Shown here one piece after another: positions 51,943 to 61,369 of a stretch of 64,000 nucleotides of DNA. How positions within the stretch are numbered: the stretch's first letter is position 1; each line of letters begins with the position of its first letter. The DNA comes from Escherichia phage dhaeg, in the sequence record MN850609.1; one strand, 5' to 3'. The translations under genes were made by a program, and so were the position numbers. The notes below the pieces were generated by a model. It was not told the DNA's origin. It worked only from the letters and a program-made list of their open reading frames with translations, and made no database searches.

Positions 51943-51960
51943 GGTTCAGCACAAAAAAGT

Positions 51961-52000
51961 GTTTACAACCTAGTAGAGCATGTTATTATGGACCTATCAA
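51961..52000 (+). promoter_or_regulatory. Early promoter cassette for the AAA+ ATPase gene
   Basis: GTTTAC-17-TATTAT-GGACCTATCAA. Confidence 0.55.
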
Positions 52001-52026
52001 ATCTACTGAGTGAAACGGAGAATATA

Positions 52027-53007
52027 ATGTTAACTATCAAAATCAACAAAGGTATCTATCGAGGTAATGAAATCTCTGGTACGTTCATGAGTTCAGGTAA
52101 AACCTGGTTCCCTAATAAAATTCATGAATCCGAAGCTCACCTCGGTGACGGCAAGGTATTTGTACAGATTGATGGTGTTGAACGTGGTGTGTGGGTGTTC
52201 AAATGTGACATCGAAATGGAAGGTGCTGAAGCTCCTGCAATGGTCACCGAATCCGCTGAAGAAATGAAACACCGCATCAACAAACGTTTTAAAGTAATGA
52301 ACATGATGACTAACGGAATCATCGATGGTAAAATTCGTTCCCTTATCATCTCTGGTGCCGCAGGTATTGGTAAAACATACTCTTTGGATAAAGCATTACA
52401 AAATGCCCATGAAAATGAAACTATCGAATATAAATCAATCAACGGAAAGATTAGTGGAATCGGTCTTTACGAGCAGCTTTGGAATAACCGCGGCCCTAAT
52501 AGTGTTCTTCTTATTGATGATGTTGATGTATTCTCTGACATGGATATCCTGAACCTTCTGAAAGCCGCATTGGATACTGGTGAAAAACGTAAGGTGTGTT
52601 GGAGCACTTCAAGTTCTTACCTCGACGATAAAAATATCGATAAAGAATTCGAATACGAAGGCACCATCGTGTTCATCACCAACGTTGATATTGACCGTGA
52701 ATTAGAGCGTGGAACTAAACTTGCTCCACACCTCCAGGCTTTAGTATCTCGTTCCGTTTATCTCGACTTGGGTGTTCACTCAAACGAAGAGATTATGGTT
52801 CGGGTTGAAGACGTTATCCTGTCCACTGATATGATGCAAAACCGAGGTCTGACCGATGCCGAGACTTATCAAGCTTTAGCATGGATGAAGGCTAATGTAT
52901 CTCGTCTTCGTAACGTATCATTACGTACAGCTCTTTATCTGGCGGACTTCATTGCCACCGATAAAAATGACTGGAGCGAAATCGCTGAAGTTACACTTCT
53001 GAAATAA
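52027..53007 (+). CDS. AAA+ ATPase with an N-terminal domain of about 100 aa
   Basis: Start moved to MLTIKI after GGAGAATATAATG (ORF track 51904 runs through the promoter). Walker A GAAGIGKTY, Walker B VLLIDDVD, sensor-1-like FITN. Confidence 0.6.
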   Translation: MLTIKINKGIYRGNEISGTFMSSGKTWFPNKIHESEAHLGDGKVFVQIDGVERGVWVFKCDIEMEGAEAPAMVTESAEEMKHRINKRFKVMNMMTNGIIDGKIRSLIISGAAGIGKTYSLDKALQNAHENETIEYKSINGKISGIGLYEQLWNNRGPNSVLLIDDVDVFSDMDILNLLKAALDTGEKRKVCWSTSSSYLDDKNIDKEFEYEGTIVFITNVDIDRELERGTKLAPHLQALVSRSVYLDLGVHSNEEIMVRVEDVILSTDMMQNRGLTDAETYQALAWMKANVSRLRNVSLRTALYLADFIATDKNDWSEIAEVTLLK

Positions 53008-53017
53008 AGGTGAAATT

Positions 53018-53359
53018 ATGTTCGAACAATTTAGTTATGACCTTATAAAAACAGAGTTGAAATACTCTAATGCCATGAAACAGTCTATTGAAGACTATGA
53101 TAATGAATTTAAACACCAATTCGCCGAGAAGGTTTACAAAACCGATTGTGAAGAAGGAGACTACAAGAGACTGGCCTTGGCCGCGAAGACCCAAGCCTTA
53201 ATAAATCTAGACCGTAAGCAGGTTAAGTTGGCAGGCGACTTCAGAGATGAACTCTGCGCCATCAGGAACGAATACCTTATTCGTATTAAACACCAACGGA
53301 AAGAGAACACCCAATCCGCATGGTTTAGTGGGCAAGCCGGTGAAAAAAGTTTTTATTAG
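53018..53359 (+). CDS. Hypothetical protein
   Basis: 113 aa. Confidence 0.4.
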   Translation: MFEQFSYDLIKTELKYSNAMKQSIEDYDNEFKHQFAEKVYKTDCEEGDYKRLALAAKTQALINLDRKQVKLAGDFRDELCAIRNEYLIRIKHQRKENTQSAWFSGQAGEKSFY

Positions 53360-53362
53360 TTG

Positions 53363-53401
53363 TTTACATCTCCAGTAGAAATGATACTATAGACCTATCA
53401 A
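53363..53401 (+). promoter_or_regulatory. Early promoter cassette
   Basis: GTTTAC-16-TACTAT-AGACCTATCAA. Imperfect inverted repeat CTCCAGTAG/CTAATGGAGG. Confidence 0.55.
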
Positions 53402-53416
53402 CTAATGGAGGTTATC

Positions 53417-53941
53417 ATGAACGCTAAAGATATTTTTTCACTGATTAATTTTAACAATGGTAATTTCAAATCTGAAAAACAAAGCAAGTTCTTTAACGAC
53501 GTTGCTTGTGGTAATGAGATTACCGTATCTGGAGGAGAGATTTACAAAAGCCGTTGGAACTGGATTGTTATCATCGATTCAGTTGGTATTGTAGAGCTCT
53601 ATAAAAACACTAACAAAAAACGTACTCTTCACTGGAGTCGTGAAACCAATCAAGCTTATCAAGCCGAGCGTAATAAACGTTTAATGCCTACTGAATCTGA
53701 CCTGGCAAACGTTAAATCAGATATCGCTTATTTTGATAACTTGATTGCCGAACAACAAGCGGTTATTGATAAGTTTGACGAAATCAAAGCTTGTAAAGAG
53801 ATTCCTGAATTTATGCGGGAATCAGTAAACGAACAGTATGCCCTCACTTCAGGTCGTATCGAGCAGTACAAATCACAACGAGCTGAACGCCAAGCTCTGC
53901 TTCAGAAATTTGAAGAGCGTTTAAAGACGGTTCTCGCATAA
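53417..53941 (+). CDS. Protein with C-terminal coiled coil (family member A)
   Basis: About 174 aa from MNAKDIF after GGAGGTTATCATG. C-terminus IAYFDNLIAEQQAVIDKFDEI... Confidence 0.5.
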   Translation: MNAKDIFSLINFNNGNFKSEKQSKFFNDVACGNEITVSGGEIYKSRWNWIVIIDSVGIVELYKNTNKKRTLHWSRETNQAYQAERNKRLMPTESDLANVKSDIAYFDNLIAEQQAVIDKFDEIKACKEIPEFMRESVNEQYALTSGRIEQYKSQRAERQALLQKFEERLKTVLA

Positions 53942-53975
53942 ACGCTTTATACCAAGGATGGTATAATGGTTCTAG
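53942..53975 (+). promoter_or_regulatory. Possible MotA-type middle promoter
   Basis: CGCTTTA (MotA-box-like) 12 nt upstream of TATAAT. No -35 GTTTAC. Confidence 0.3.
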
Positions 53976-54004
53976 GTTCTTAATTACTTACTGAGGAAAT
54001 TATT

Positions 54005-54850
54005 ATGTCACAAGCAATTAATCAAATTCGTTCTGAAGTTAAAAAAGTTGTTAAATTTGGTCGTATTCCTAGTTCTAAAGAAGTGGTTGAAAAGGTCCTA
54101 TATATGATGTGGGACAAGTTCAATGTTTGTACTGTTAAAGATGACTTTATTAAAATCTTTGACAAGACTAAAGGTTCGTTTACGTTAGAAGACCGGGTCA
54201 TGAAAACTCTTCGTAAAACAGGTATGTTGTCTCGTGCTAATGCCAAAATTATTCTTAAAAATTATAACAAAGGCTACGACCTTTATGGTCGTTTAATCCC
54301 GGCGATGTCATTTGGTGAAGTTGTTCAAGACCTTCATGCCAACCAACGACGTTTACTGGCTCTTGGCGCTCGACTTGCAAAAGGTCTTGATAAACAAATG
54401 ACATTTAAGACTAACGGTTCAGGTGATTGGATTATCTTTAATATTGTTAACCACCCTGGAAATGAAAATGAGTATACCATTTCGACTTTTAGTGGTTGTC
54501 AATACGACAACTGGAAGTTCCATCTGCGCTTGGCCCTGTCTGAATTAGAACAACACGGTGTTCTTAGTTTTGGTGATGCTGAAACTGGAGTAGGTCAGCG
54601 TATTAAACTTTATAAAATTAAAGACCTGGCTGAAGAGCATTCAGAACAAGCTCCTAAAATGGAACCTGTACCAGTGCGCAGCAATGAGAAACATCAGGCC
54701 CAGATTGAGTATTTTAGCAATTTGCTTACTTGCTTGAATGTTACAATCCAACAACAAGATGATGAGATTTTCCGACTCTCTGGTCTTAATGCCAAAGCTA
54801 AGGCTGAACGCCAGAAATATATCGATATCCTAAATCTTCTTAAGGATTAA
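54005..54850 (+). CDS. Protein with C-terminal coiled coil (family member B)
   Basis: 281 aa. C-terminus IEYFSNLLTCLNVTIQQQDDEI.. parallels member A. Confidence 0.5.
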   Translation: MSQAINQIRSEVKKVVKFGRIPSSKEVVEKVLYMMWDKFNVCTVKDDFIKIFDKTKGSFTLEDRVMKTLRKTGMLSRANAKIILKNYNKGYDLYGRLIPAMSFGEVVQDLHANQRRLLALGARLAKGLDKQMTFKTNGSGDWIIFNIVNHPGNENEYTISTFSGCQYDNWKFHLRLALSELEQHGVLSFGDAETGVGQRIKLYKIKDLAEEHSEQAPKMEPVPVRSNEKHQAQIEYFSNLLTCLNVTIQQQDDEIFRLSGLNAKAKAERQKYIDILNLLKD

Positions 54851-54934
54851 TTATGGAATGGCTCGCTGTTCTTGGTTATGTAATCGTAGCCACGGGTGTT
54901 CTGTGGCTAATTTTCTCAAACATTATAGGTTAAT

Positions 54935-55150
54935 ATGGAAATCTTAGGTTTTATTCTCCTTTACTTTGTGCTAGGATTTATGACGACCTTTATCATTCAT
55001 AAATCAGGTGATTGGAATCCGATCGAAATTGAATCAAGCTATGATGCAGTATTCATTACACTAGTATGGCCCCTACTTTGGGTTGTTTTGGTCATTATGA
55101 TGGTGTTTTGGCCTATCGCTAAATTCTATGAAAAATTATTTGGACTTTAA
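54935..55150 (+). CDS. Small membrane protein
   Basis: 71 aa with two TM helices. Confidence 0.4.
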   Translation: MEILGFILLYFVLGFMTTFIIHKSGDWNPIEIESSYDAVFITLVWPLLWVVLVIMMVFWPIAKFYEKLFGL

Positions 55151-55151
55151 T

Positions 55152-56021
55152 ATGAACATTAAAACACGTAAAGAATACTCTATATACGACCATGACACAA
55201 CTCGTCGTATCGCTATTGACAGGTTAGCCGACTTTGGTCATATTTGTAATGGTAATTATACTTATGGCGTAGGTCGTAAAGGAACTTATATTTCTTCTTT
55301 GAACGATTATTGCCGTCGCCCAGCCCACCTGTTTGGTGCAACATTACGAGCTAATATCAAAGACCTCTTGGCTACTGCAGGACGTATTTCTACGGTTCCT
55401 GTTAATATCAAGAATATTAATTTTACGGCCCGTAACCTAGTCATTAATATTCTGTCTGACGGTATTCAAGTTCGTTTTCGCCCCACCTCAAAAGGTAATA
55501 AGGCCCTTCGTGAAGCATTCGAAACCTTATTCAGAGAAGCAATGACTCGTATTAAGGCCGTAGAATCATATAAAGTTACAACCGATGAATATGCTGATTG
55601 TTCCGGGCAAGCCGATGCAGTGTATATCAGAGTTAAACTAACTAGCGAATATCTTTTATCTTATGCCCCTTATCAACCCCAACAAAAGGACCCACAAATG
55701 GAACGTCGTATCTCTGCAGTATCATGTGACAGCGTAGGCCAGTATGCAGCCTATGACAAATTCAAAACCACCGCTGTGCCTAGTCCATTCAATTCCGAAC
55801 CGTATCATTGGAAAATTAAACCTGATAATTCTTTGGTTGTTACTAACCCTACGATGAAACCTATTGAGACCTATTATGCAGATAGCATTCAGGAATCAAT
55901 CCATCGTTTAAATGGTCAGATTGAAGATGAGAAAAAGAGCATTCAAGACGTTCTTAATCGCATCAAGAATATGGAAAACCAGCGTGACAAGCTTCGCGCG
56001 GCACTATTAGCTCTAAAATAA
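55152..56021 (+). CDS. Protein with C-terminal coiled coil (family member C)
   Basis: About 289 aa from MNIKTRK. C-terminal heptad region ..IEDEKKSIQDVLNRIKNMENQRDKLRAALLALK. Confidence 0.5.
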   Translation: MNIKTRKEYSIYDHDTTRRIAIDRLADFGHICNGNYTYGVGRKGTYISSLNDYCRRPAHLFGATLRANIKDLLATAGRISTVPVNIKNINFTARNLVINILSDGIQVRFRPTSKGNKALREAFETLFREAMTRIKAVESYKVTTDEYADCSGQADAVYIRVKLTSEYLLSYAPYQPQQKDPQMERRISAVSCDSVGQYAAYDKFKTTAVPSPFNSEPYHWKIKPDNSLVVTNPTMKPIETYYADSIQESIHRLNGQIEDEKKSIQDVLNRIKNMENQRDKLRAALLALK

Positions 56022-56022
56022 T

Positions 56023-56060
56023 GTTTACATCCAAGGACGGATGGAGTATAATCCTTTTAT
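56023..56060 (+). promoter_or_regulatory. Early promoter
   Basis: GTTTAC-18-TATAAT. Small inverted repeat AAGGA/TCCTT around the -10. Confidence 0.5.
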
Positions 56061-56080
56061 CAACTACTGAGGAGAATATC

Positions 56081-57091
56081 ATGACCCGTACTGAATACAT
56101 CAATGCCTTTACTACGTATATCACTGACAATACCCCTCCATTAACCCCATATGAGGTGATAGTTTCCAATATCAATAAATGGGTAGACCAAATTGATGAA
56201 GATTTGTCGCTGTATTTTAAATCTGAAATAGAAAAGATTGCAGGGCGTTTGTTTATCCCTGATATCATAGATACATTTAAAGGTTCTCGACTTCTTTCGC
56301 GGCTGGTTAATAAGGATATCCTTTCAGAGTTTGGCAAAGAGAAACACCCAGGTTCCAGCCACGTTGTTAGCTACCAATGGTTTGGTGATGTTTTAAAAAG
56401 CTATATCAAAATGAAAGGTATGGATCCTAGTGGTCTATTTCCACAGCGTTGGACTAGTGAATTTAAGGCTAACTCTGCATTAATTCTCAAAGCGGCCTCT
56501 AAAACCATAGTTTCTGGTGATTCCCGTACTATTCACCCTATGGCTAATTGCATGATTAAAACAAATAGTTATAAAGGAAAAGCAATTATTTCTGTTATTT
56601 GGTCACCTAATAGGAAACCTAAAGATGACGCGGAAGTTGTAAAGTATCAAGATATTGCTTACGACACCTTGAATATTATCGAACAAGCCTTAGCTTTTAT
56701 GGATACAGTAGAGAAATATGAGACTCAAGAAGTAAAACATTTCTATGGCTGGAAAGGATACGAGGTCTTAGTAAAAGTTCGCGAAATCAAATGCCATGTT
56801 CCAAAAACTGACGCTGAAATTTACCAAGAAAAATGTGAGGAAATTGTGAACACTGATAAAGAGCCTGCTACATTAGAAGACTTGATTAACGACTTGAATA
56901 GCCCTATCATGGCTCCTACACCAATTACTAAATCCAAGTTACCGGAAATCGTTGCCTTAGAAAAAGCGTATAAAGATGCCCTTGCTATTAACAAAAAACT
57001 GACTGGCCAATATACCGCTGCCAAGAAACTTTGGGAAGAGTCTACCAATCGTTTAGACCGTCTTGAACAAGCTCTGGAGCTGTTGAAATGA
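56081..57091 (+). CDS. Protein with C-terminal coiled coil (family member D)
   Basis: About 336 aa from MTRTEY after GAGGAGAATATCATG (ORF track 56021 overlaps the promoter). C-terminus ..[14 protein letters not shown]. Confidence 0.5.
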   Translation: MTRTEYINAFTTYITDNTPPLTPYEVIVSNINKWVDQIDEDLSLYFKSEIEKIAGRLFIPDIIDTFKGSRLLSRLVNKDILSEFGKEKHPGSSHVVSYQWFGDVLKSYIKMKGMDPSGLFPQRWTSEFKANSALILKAASKTIVSGDSRTIHPMANCMIKTNSYKGKAIISVIWSPNRKPKDDAEVVKYQDIAYDTLNIIEQALAFMDTVEKYETQEVKHFYGWKGYEVLVKVREIKCHVPKTDAEIYQEKCEEIVNTDKEPATLEDLINDLNSPIMAPTPITKSKLPEIVALEKAYKDALAINKKLTGQYTAAKKLWEESTNRLDRLEQALELLK

Positions 57092-57309
57092 AATATCAAT
57101 TAGCCGATGATATCGACCAAACTATTCCTGATTGGAATCAAATTATTAAAATTGTCGAACGTCGTGAAAAAGCTTCTAAGAACGTTCCTAACTGTCCTGA
57201 GTGCGGAACTGAACAAGTCCAGTTGACTCAATGGCGTCATAATCCGCTTCAGTATAAATGCCGTCATTGTAAACACCGATTTGAGCGAGATGAAAATGGC
57301 AAAGCGTAA
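57088..57309 (+). CDS. Zinc-ribbon small protein
   Basis: 73 aa. CPECG...CRHCKH. Confidence 0.45.
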   Translation: MKYQLADDIDQTIPDWNQIIKIVERREKASKNVPNCPECGTEQVQLTQWRHNPLQYKCRHCKHRFERDENGKA

Positions 57310-57532
57310 AGAATATGTAGAGGCCGCTGATAAGGCGGTCCGTGAACTTACTTTGGCTTATTATAAAGAGCACGGTAAATTTCCGGACAGTTATTCAGTA
57401 TTGAAATCTGCTTTAACTCGTTCGTATAATAATATACTATCTGATGTATATGATTTAAAATACGAACACCTCGAAAAATACGGAACAGAACTTGACCGTT
57501 CTGAAGCATTCAAACAAGTATTAGGAATTTAA
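57281..57532 (+). CDS. Hypothetical protein
   Basis: 83 aa. Confidence 0.4.
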   Translation: MSEMKMAKRKEYVEAADKAVRELTLAYYKEHGKFPDSYSVLKSALTRSYNNILSDVYDLKYEHLEKYGTELDRSEAFKQVLGI

Positions 57533-57533
57533 A

Positions 57534-57797
57534 ATGTTTAAAGTTTATGGTTACGATTCAAATATTCACCGTTGTGTTTTCTGTGATAATGCCAAACGTC
57601 TACTTGATGTTAAGAAACAACCTTACGAATTCATTAACGTGATGCCGGAAAAAGGTGTATTTGATGATAAGAAGATTGCTGAACTCTTGGCTGCTCTTGG
57701 TCGTGAATCTCAAGTAGGTTTGACCATGCCTCAGGTATTTGCTCCTGACGGAACTTCTATTGGTGGCTTTGACCAACTGCGAGCATATTTCAAATGA
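57534..57797 (+). CDS. nrdC: Thioredoxin/glutaredoxin NrdC
   Basis: 87 aa. MFKVYGYDSNIHRCVFCDNAKRLL.. is near-identical to T4 NrdC (87 aa). Confidence 0.9.
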   Translation: MFKVYGYDSNIHRCVFCDNAKRLLDVKKQPYEFINVMPEKGVFDDKKIAELLAALGRESQVGLTMPQVFAPDGTSIGGFDQLRAYFK

Positions 57798-57961
57798 TTG
57801 AATTATTGTTGGGTATTTTGTATCTTATCATCGGTATTGGTTATGCTAAGACCCTAGCTAAATTAGATGATTTCGGTGCAGGTGACTTTTGTTGGTGGCT
57901 GACGTCTATGATTTGTTGGCCTTTATTTCTGGTTGGTGCTTCATTCTGGAACTTTAAATGA
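57794..57961 (+). CDS. Small membrane protein
   Basis: 55 aa ORF (MIELLLGILYLIIGIG...) overlapping the nrdC stop. Two TM helices. Confidence 0.3.
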   Translation: MIELLLGILYLIIGIGYAKTLAKLDDFGAGDFCWWLTSMICWPLFLVGASFWNFK

Positions 57962-58266
57962 TTGGATTAAATGAACAGACCATTTTTCTAGGTGATGGTA
58001 CTGAAGACGACCTAGAATATAAACTATACGAATATATGGTTTGGTTGGCTAAAGCAGAAGGTATTGATTTTGTTGTGGCTAACCCGTATGGCGAGAATAC
58101 TGTTGTAATCGGTGGCACTGCTTATGAAGTCCAATGGCAATACGTTGGGCTAGAATCTGAAGAATTTGAAGAAGATGAGCATGGTGATTGGCATCCGGTT
58201 GGCCCTTGGTATTGGGAAAACGGCGAGCCTGATTTTGAAGTAAGTAGTTGGTGGTGTGACCGTTAA
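57958..58266 (+). CDS. Hypothetical acidic protein
   Basis: 102 aa. Confidence 0.4.
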   Translation: MIGLNEQTIFLGDGTEDDLEYKLYEYMVWLAKAEGIDFVVANPYGENTVVIGGTAYEVQWQYVGLESEEFEEDEHGDWHPVGPWYWENGEPDFEVSSWWCDR

Positions 58267-58312
58267 GCCATGGTATGTCGCTCGGTGGGAAACTACCGAG
58301 CCAGAGGAACCG

Positions 58313-58345
58313 GTTTACAACGATTCCGAAATAGAGTATAATGAA
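58313..58345 (+). promoter_or_regulatory. Early promoter
   Basis: GTTTAC-18-TATAAT. Upstream hairpin CGGTGGG-aaacta-CCGAGCC. Confidence 0.45.
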
Positions 58346-58844
58346 CCTTCAAACAATGATTTAATCGATATGGAGTTTGGATATGAGTACCAAAATTGAA
58401 GTTGGCCGTCACAAAGGCCGTCTGATTGAGCATTCGCTTTACGAGTTGTCGGATTCGGGTTCTTTACCTGACCTAGAATCCGATTTGATTAAAGCTGCTG
58501 CTGACTATATCCATTGGCTTGAAGCTCAACTTCGCTTTGCTGATAAGGCGTTCTGATGAAAACTTCTACTGTAATCTTGTGCTTATGGGGAATTTTTAAT
58601 TTGGGTATGCTTGTTTACTTGGTGGGTCAATTATGAAAACTAAATTAGTCTATACTGAAAAGTTAAATGGTGACAAGGTCTGGAAACTTCTTATCAAAGG
58701 AAGTCCTACCGACCAGTTTATGGCCACCTGTATAGGGTTGTATACCCGTCCTACCAAAAAGATGATTCGTCAATTTAAACGGTTGCATCGCTCATTTTAT
58801 AATGTTTAATAAATACCCTTATCTAATAATGGTAAGGGTTTATT

Positions 58845-59318
58845 ATGTTGCTGACTGGCAAATTATACAAAGAAGAAAAACAAAATCTTTATGATGCACA
58901 ACATGGTAAGTGTTTGATTTGTAAACGTGAATTAAACCCTGATGTTCAAAGTAACCACCTTGACCACGACCATGAATTGAATGGGCCAAAAGCCGGTAAG
59001 GTTCGTGGTTTACTATGTAATCTGTGCAATGCTGCAGAAGGACAAATGAAGCATAAGTTCAACCGTTCTGGTTTGAAAGGTCAAAACGTTGACTACCTCG
59101 AATGGTTAGAGAATTTGCTGGTCTATCTGAAAGCTGATTATACCGAAAATAATATCCATCCTAATTTCGTTCCTGATAAAACCAAAGAGTTCAGTAGATT
59201 AGGTAAGGAAGAAATGATTGCTGAAATGCTTTCACATGGAATGACTTATAATGAATCTGACACAAAGAAACAAATGGTCGATTCATTTAAAAAACAACTG
59301 AGGAAATCGCTTAAATGA
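58845..59318 (+). CDS. 49: Endonuclease VII (Holliday-junction resolvase)
   Basis: 157 aa. CLICKREL..HLDHDHELNGPKAGKVRGLLCNLCNAAEG matches T4 gp49 (157 aa). Confidence 0.92.
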   Translation: MLLTGKLYKEEKQNLYDAQHGKCLICKRELNPDVQSNHLDHDHELNGPKAGKVRGLLCNLCNAAEGQMKHKFNRSGLKGQNVDYLEWLENLLVYLKADYTENNIHPNFVPDKTKEFSRLGKEEMIAEMLSHGMTYNESDTKKQMVDSFKKQLRKSLK

Positions 59319-59427
59319 TTAATTTTTATGGCTACACATTCTATGCTTTAGCCGAATCAGTGAATGATGCTGTACGTCTTATGGGTGTTGAGTATCCTGC
59401 TCAATGGTTATTTGTTGTAACTAACAT

Positions 59428-59655
59428 GTGGGTTCTTTAATGAATAAATTTCGTAATGCAGTTTCTGATATCTTGGCCAATATTACATTTGTCTTGTTTA
59501 TTGTGTGCCTTTTAATCCTAGTCATCCCATTTGGATTGCTGTTCGTTATTATTGGTGCGCTGAGTACTGAAAAGGGTCTCGAAGAGTCTGAGTTCGAAAA
59601 ACGAATCCAGTCTGTCCATAGTGTTATTTCTAAAATGATGAAGGTGAAAGAATGA
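59428..59655 (+). CDS. Small membrane protein
   Basis: 75 aa with two TM helices. Confidence 0.4.
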   Translation: MGSLMNKFRNAVSDILANITFVLFIVCLLILVIPFGLLFVIIGALSTEKGLEESEFEKRIQSVHSVISKMMKVKE

Positions 59656-59948
59656 AACGTTTTGAAGAATATGTAGCTACTGATTGGGGTGCCTGGGACA
59701 AGTTCGGTCAAGAATGGTATTTCCATGATTGCGACCTTAACCCGGAATTCTTTAAAGATAAGGAAGATGACCTCAAGGACATCTATGCTCTATCAGAGAT
59801 TCACGGTATTAAACCTACTGTCTACTTCTCTTTTGATGATATGGGATTCCTTATCCAGATTTACGTCCCGTATGGAACTAATGAAGACGAAGTTATCAAA
59901 ACTTGGGACTACCAAGGAGTTATTTCCTGTGGACCAAAAGTTAACTAA
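59652..59948 (+). CDS. Hypothetical protein
   Basis: 98 aa. Confidence 0.4.
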   Translation: MKRFEEYVATDWGAWDKFGQEWYFHDCDLNPEFFKDKEDDLKDIYALSEIHGIKPTVYFSFDDMGFLIQIYVPYGTNEDEVIKTWDYQGVISCGPKVN

Positions 59949-60246
59949 AATTGAGATTTACGGTATCCCTGAGACAGTCATGCGCTGTCCAGGGTGCATT
60001 GCAGTTCTATCGCTCCTAAATTCCCTTTCTATCCCACATACTTTCTATCCTGTGATTAACCAGACGCCGTCAGGCGCAGTATATGACAAGCCTCTTATAG
60101 TATCATTGGCCAAACGCGCCGGCTTCAAGAGCTTAGCTATACGCTATCCTGTCATCTTTGTTGATAATAAGAAAATAGAAAATATTCCTGCTTTTAAAGC
60201 ACTTTTGATTGAACTTGGTTATGACCGAGATTTAATTGAAGATTAG
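59928..60246 (+). CDS. Thioredoxin-fold redoxin (NrdH/glutaredoxin-like), possible GTG start
   Basis: About 106 aa if started at GTG after AGGAG. IEIYG..CPGC active-site-like motif. In the frame of ORF-track entry 59689. Confidence 0.4.
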
Positions 60247-60247
60247 T

Positions 60248-60300
60248 GTTTACTTCCTCTCCTCACGTGTTATAGTCTATCCTATCAACACATGAGGAGA
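60248..60300 (+). promoter_or_regulatory. Early promoter cassette with 13-bp inverted repeat
   Basis: GTTTAC; -10 TATAGT followed by CTATCCTATCAA. Inverted repeat CTCCTCACGTGTT/AACACATGAGGAG pairs the spacer with the Shine-Dalgarno region. Confidence 0.5.
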
Positions 60301-60478
60301 ACATTATGACTATCCAAGATAAAGAAATTAAAGTCCACCAGTATTATTCAATCAACGGCAAAGCTGTTCTAGTAACTGAAATATCTAGCCTGGACGTGTG
60401 GTATACCATAATTGACCTTAATATTAAAATGATTTGTGACCGTGGTGTATTTTGTTCGATAGCTAAGGAAATTAAATT

Positions 60479-60733
60479 ATGAGCCTGAAATTACATTCAA
60501 TGAAAAATGTCATCACCCTTAATCTGGATGATGAGCGCCTAATTTTTCTCACCGTCACTGATAAGAATATTGAAATTGCAAATGGTCCTAAGACTTATTG
60601 CTGCCCAGTGAAGAATTGGAAGCATGTAACCTTTTTGACCCTGGCCGACCGTCTGAAAGACCTTAAGTTGGATTTGGATATCAAAGATATCCAGTACATT
60701 AAAAATCTTATTGGATACAAACTGTTGAGGTAA
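60479..60733 (+). CDS. Hypothetical protein
   Basis: 84 aa. Confidence 0.4.
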   Translation: MSLKLHSMKNVITLNLDDERLIFLTVTDKNIEIANGPKTYCCPVKNWKHVTFLTLADRLKDLKLDLDIKDIQYIKNLIGYKLLR

Positions 60734-60735
60734 CT

Positions 60736-61029
60736 ATGGGTAAAACTATCCGTCGTAAAGAATTGCCTGTAAAAGATTTTTATTATTCCGGACGCCGTAA
60801 AGCACCATACGGCGTAAGTCAGGAAAGAGTTGAAGAAAATATCTTCCGTTCTGACAAGTGGAAACGTATGCGTGGCGTTGATTCTGAAGTTAAGAATGAA
60901 ATGAACCGCCAACTTCGTAAAGAAGTAAGAAAACTGAAAAAAGATGTTTACAGCGACGATGAACCTGATTACAATACTTCTCATCGAGTTGCAAAACGTA
61001 AATCAAACGAATGCTATCGTTACAGCTGA
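60736..61029 (+). CDS. Basic hypothetical protein
   Basis: 97 aa, Lys/Arg-rich. Confidence 0.4.
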   Translation: MGKTIRRKELPVKDFYYSGRRKAPYGVSQERVEENIFRSDKWKRMRGVDSEVKNEMNRQLRKEVRKLKKDVYSDDEPDYNTSHRVAKRKSNECYRYS

Positions 61030-61168
61030 GGAAAATATGAATATCAAACGTATGCTTTTTAAACAAGGATTATACACTTTAAATGTTGCTCCAAAAGGCG
61101 ATACGACTAAGTGGTCAGTAAATGACTGGATTGAATTTATTGATGAAAACGGTAACTGGAAAATTTAA

Positions 61169-61369
61169 ATGAATCCTGAATCTAAATTATCACAACGAAT
61201 TGCTGAAGCCCGTCGTCAGTTCTTTGAAAATATGATAGCCCAAGGTATTGATGACGAAGTTTTTCTAAACTGGTTTTGGAATAACAAATATTCAAAATGC
61301 TCAGGAGCAATATTGATATCAGCCGCGATGATGTATGAAGGCTGGAAAGGCGCCAAAGCACAAAAATAG
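61169..61369 (+). CDS. Hypothetical protein
   Basis: 66 aa. Confidence 0.35.
   Translation: MNPESKLSQRIAEARRQFFENMIAQGIDDEVFLNWFWNNKYSKCSGAILISAAMMYEGWKGAKAQK

Noticed and set aside
51904-52026. N-terminal extension of the AAA+ ATPase ORF as given in the ORF track
   Set aside because: The extension contains the terminator tail and the GTTTAC/TATTAT early promoter. The RBS-supported start is the MLTIKI Met at 52027.
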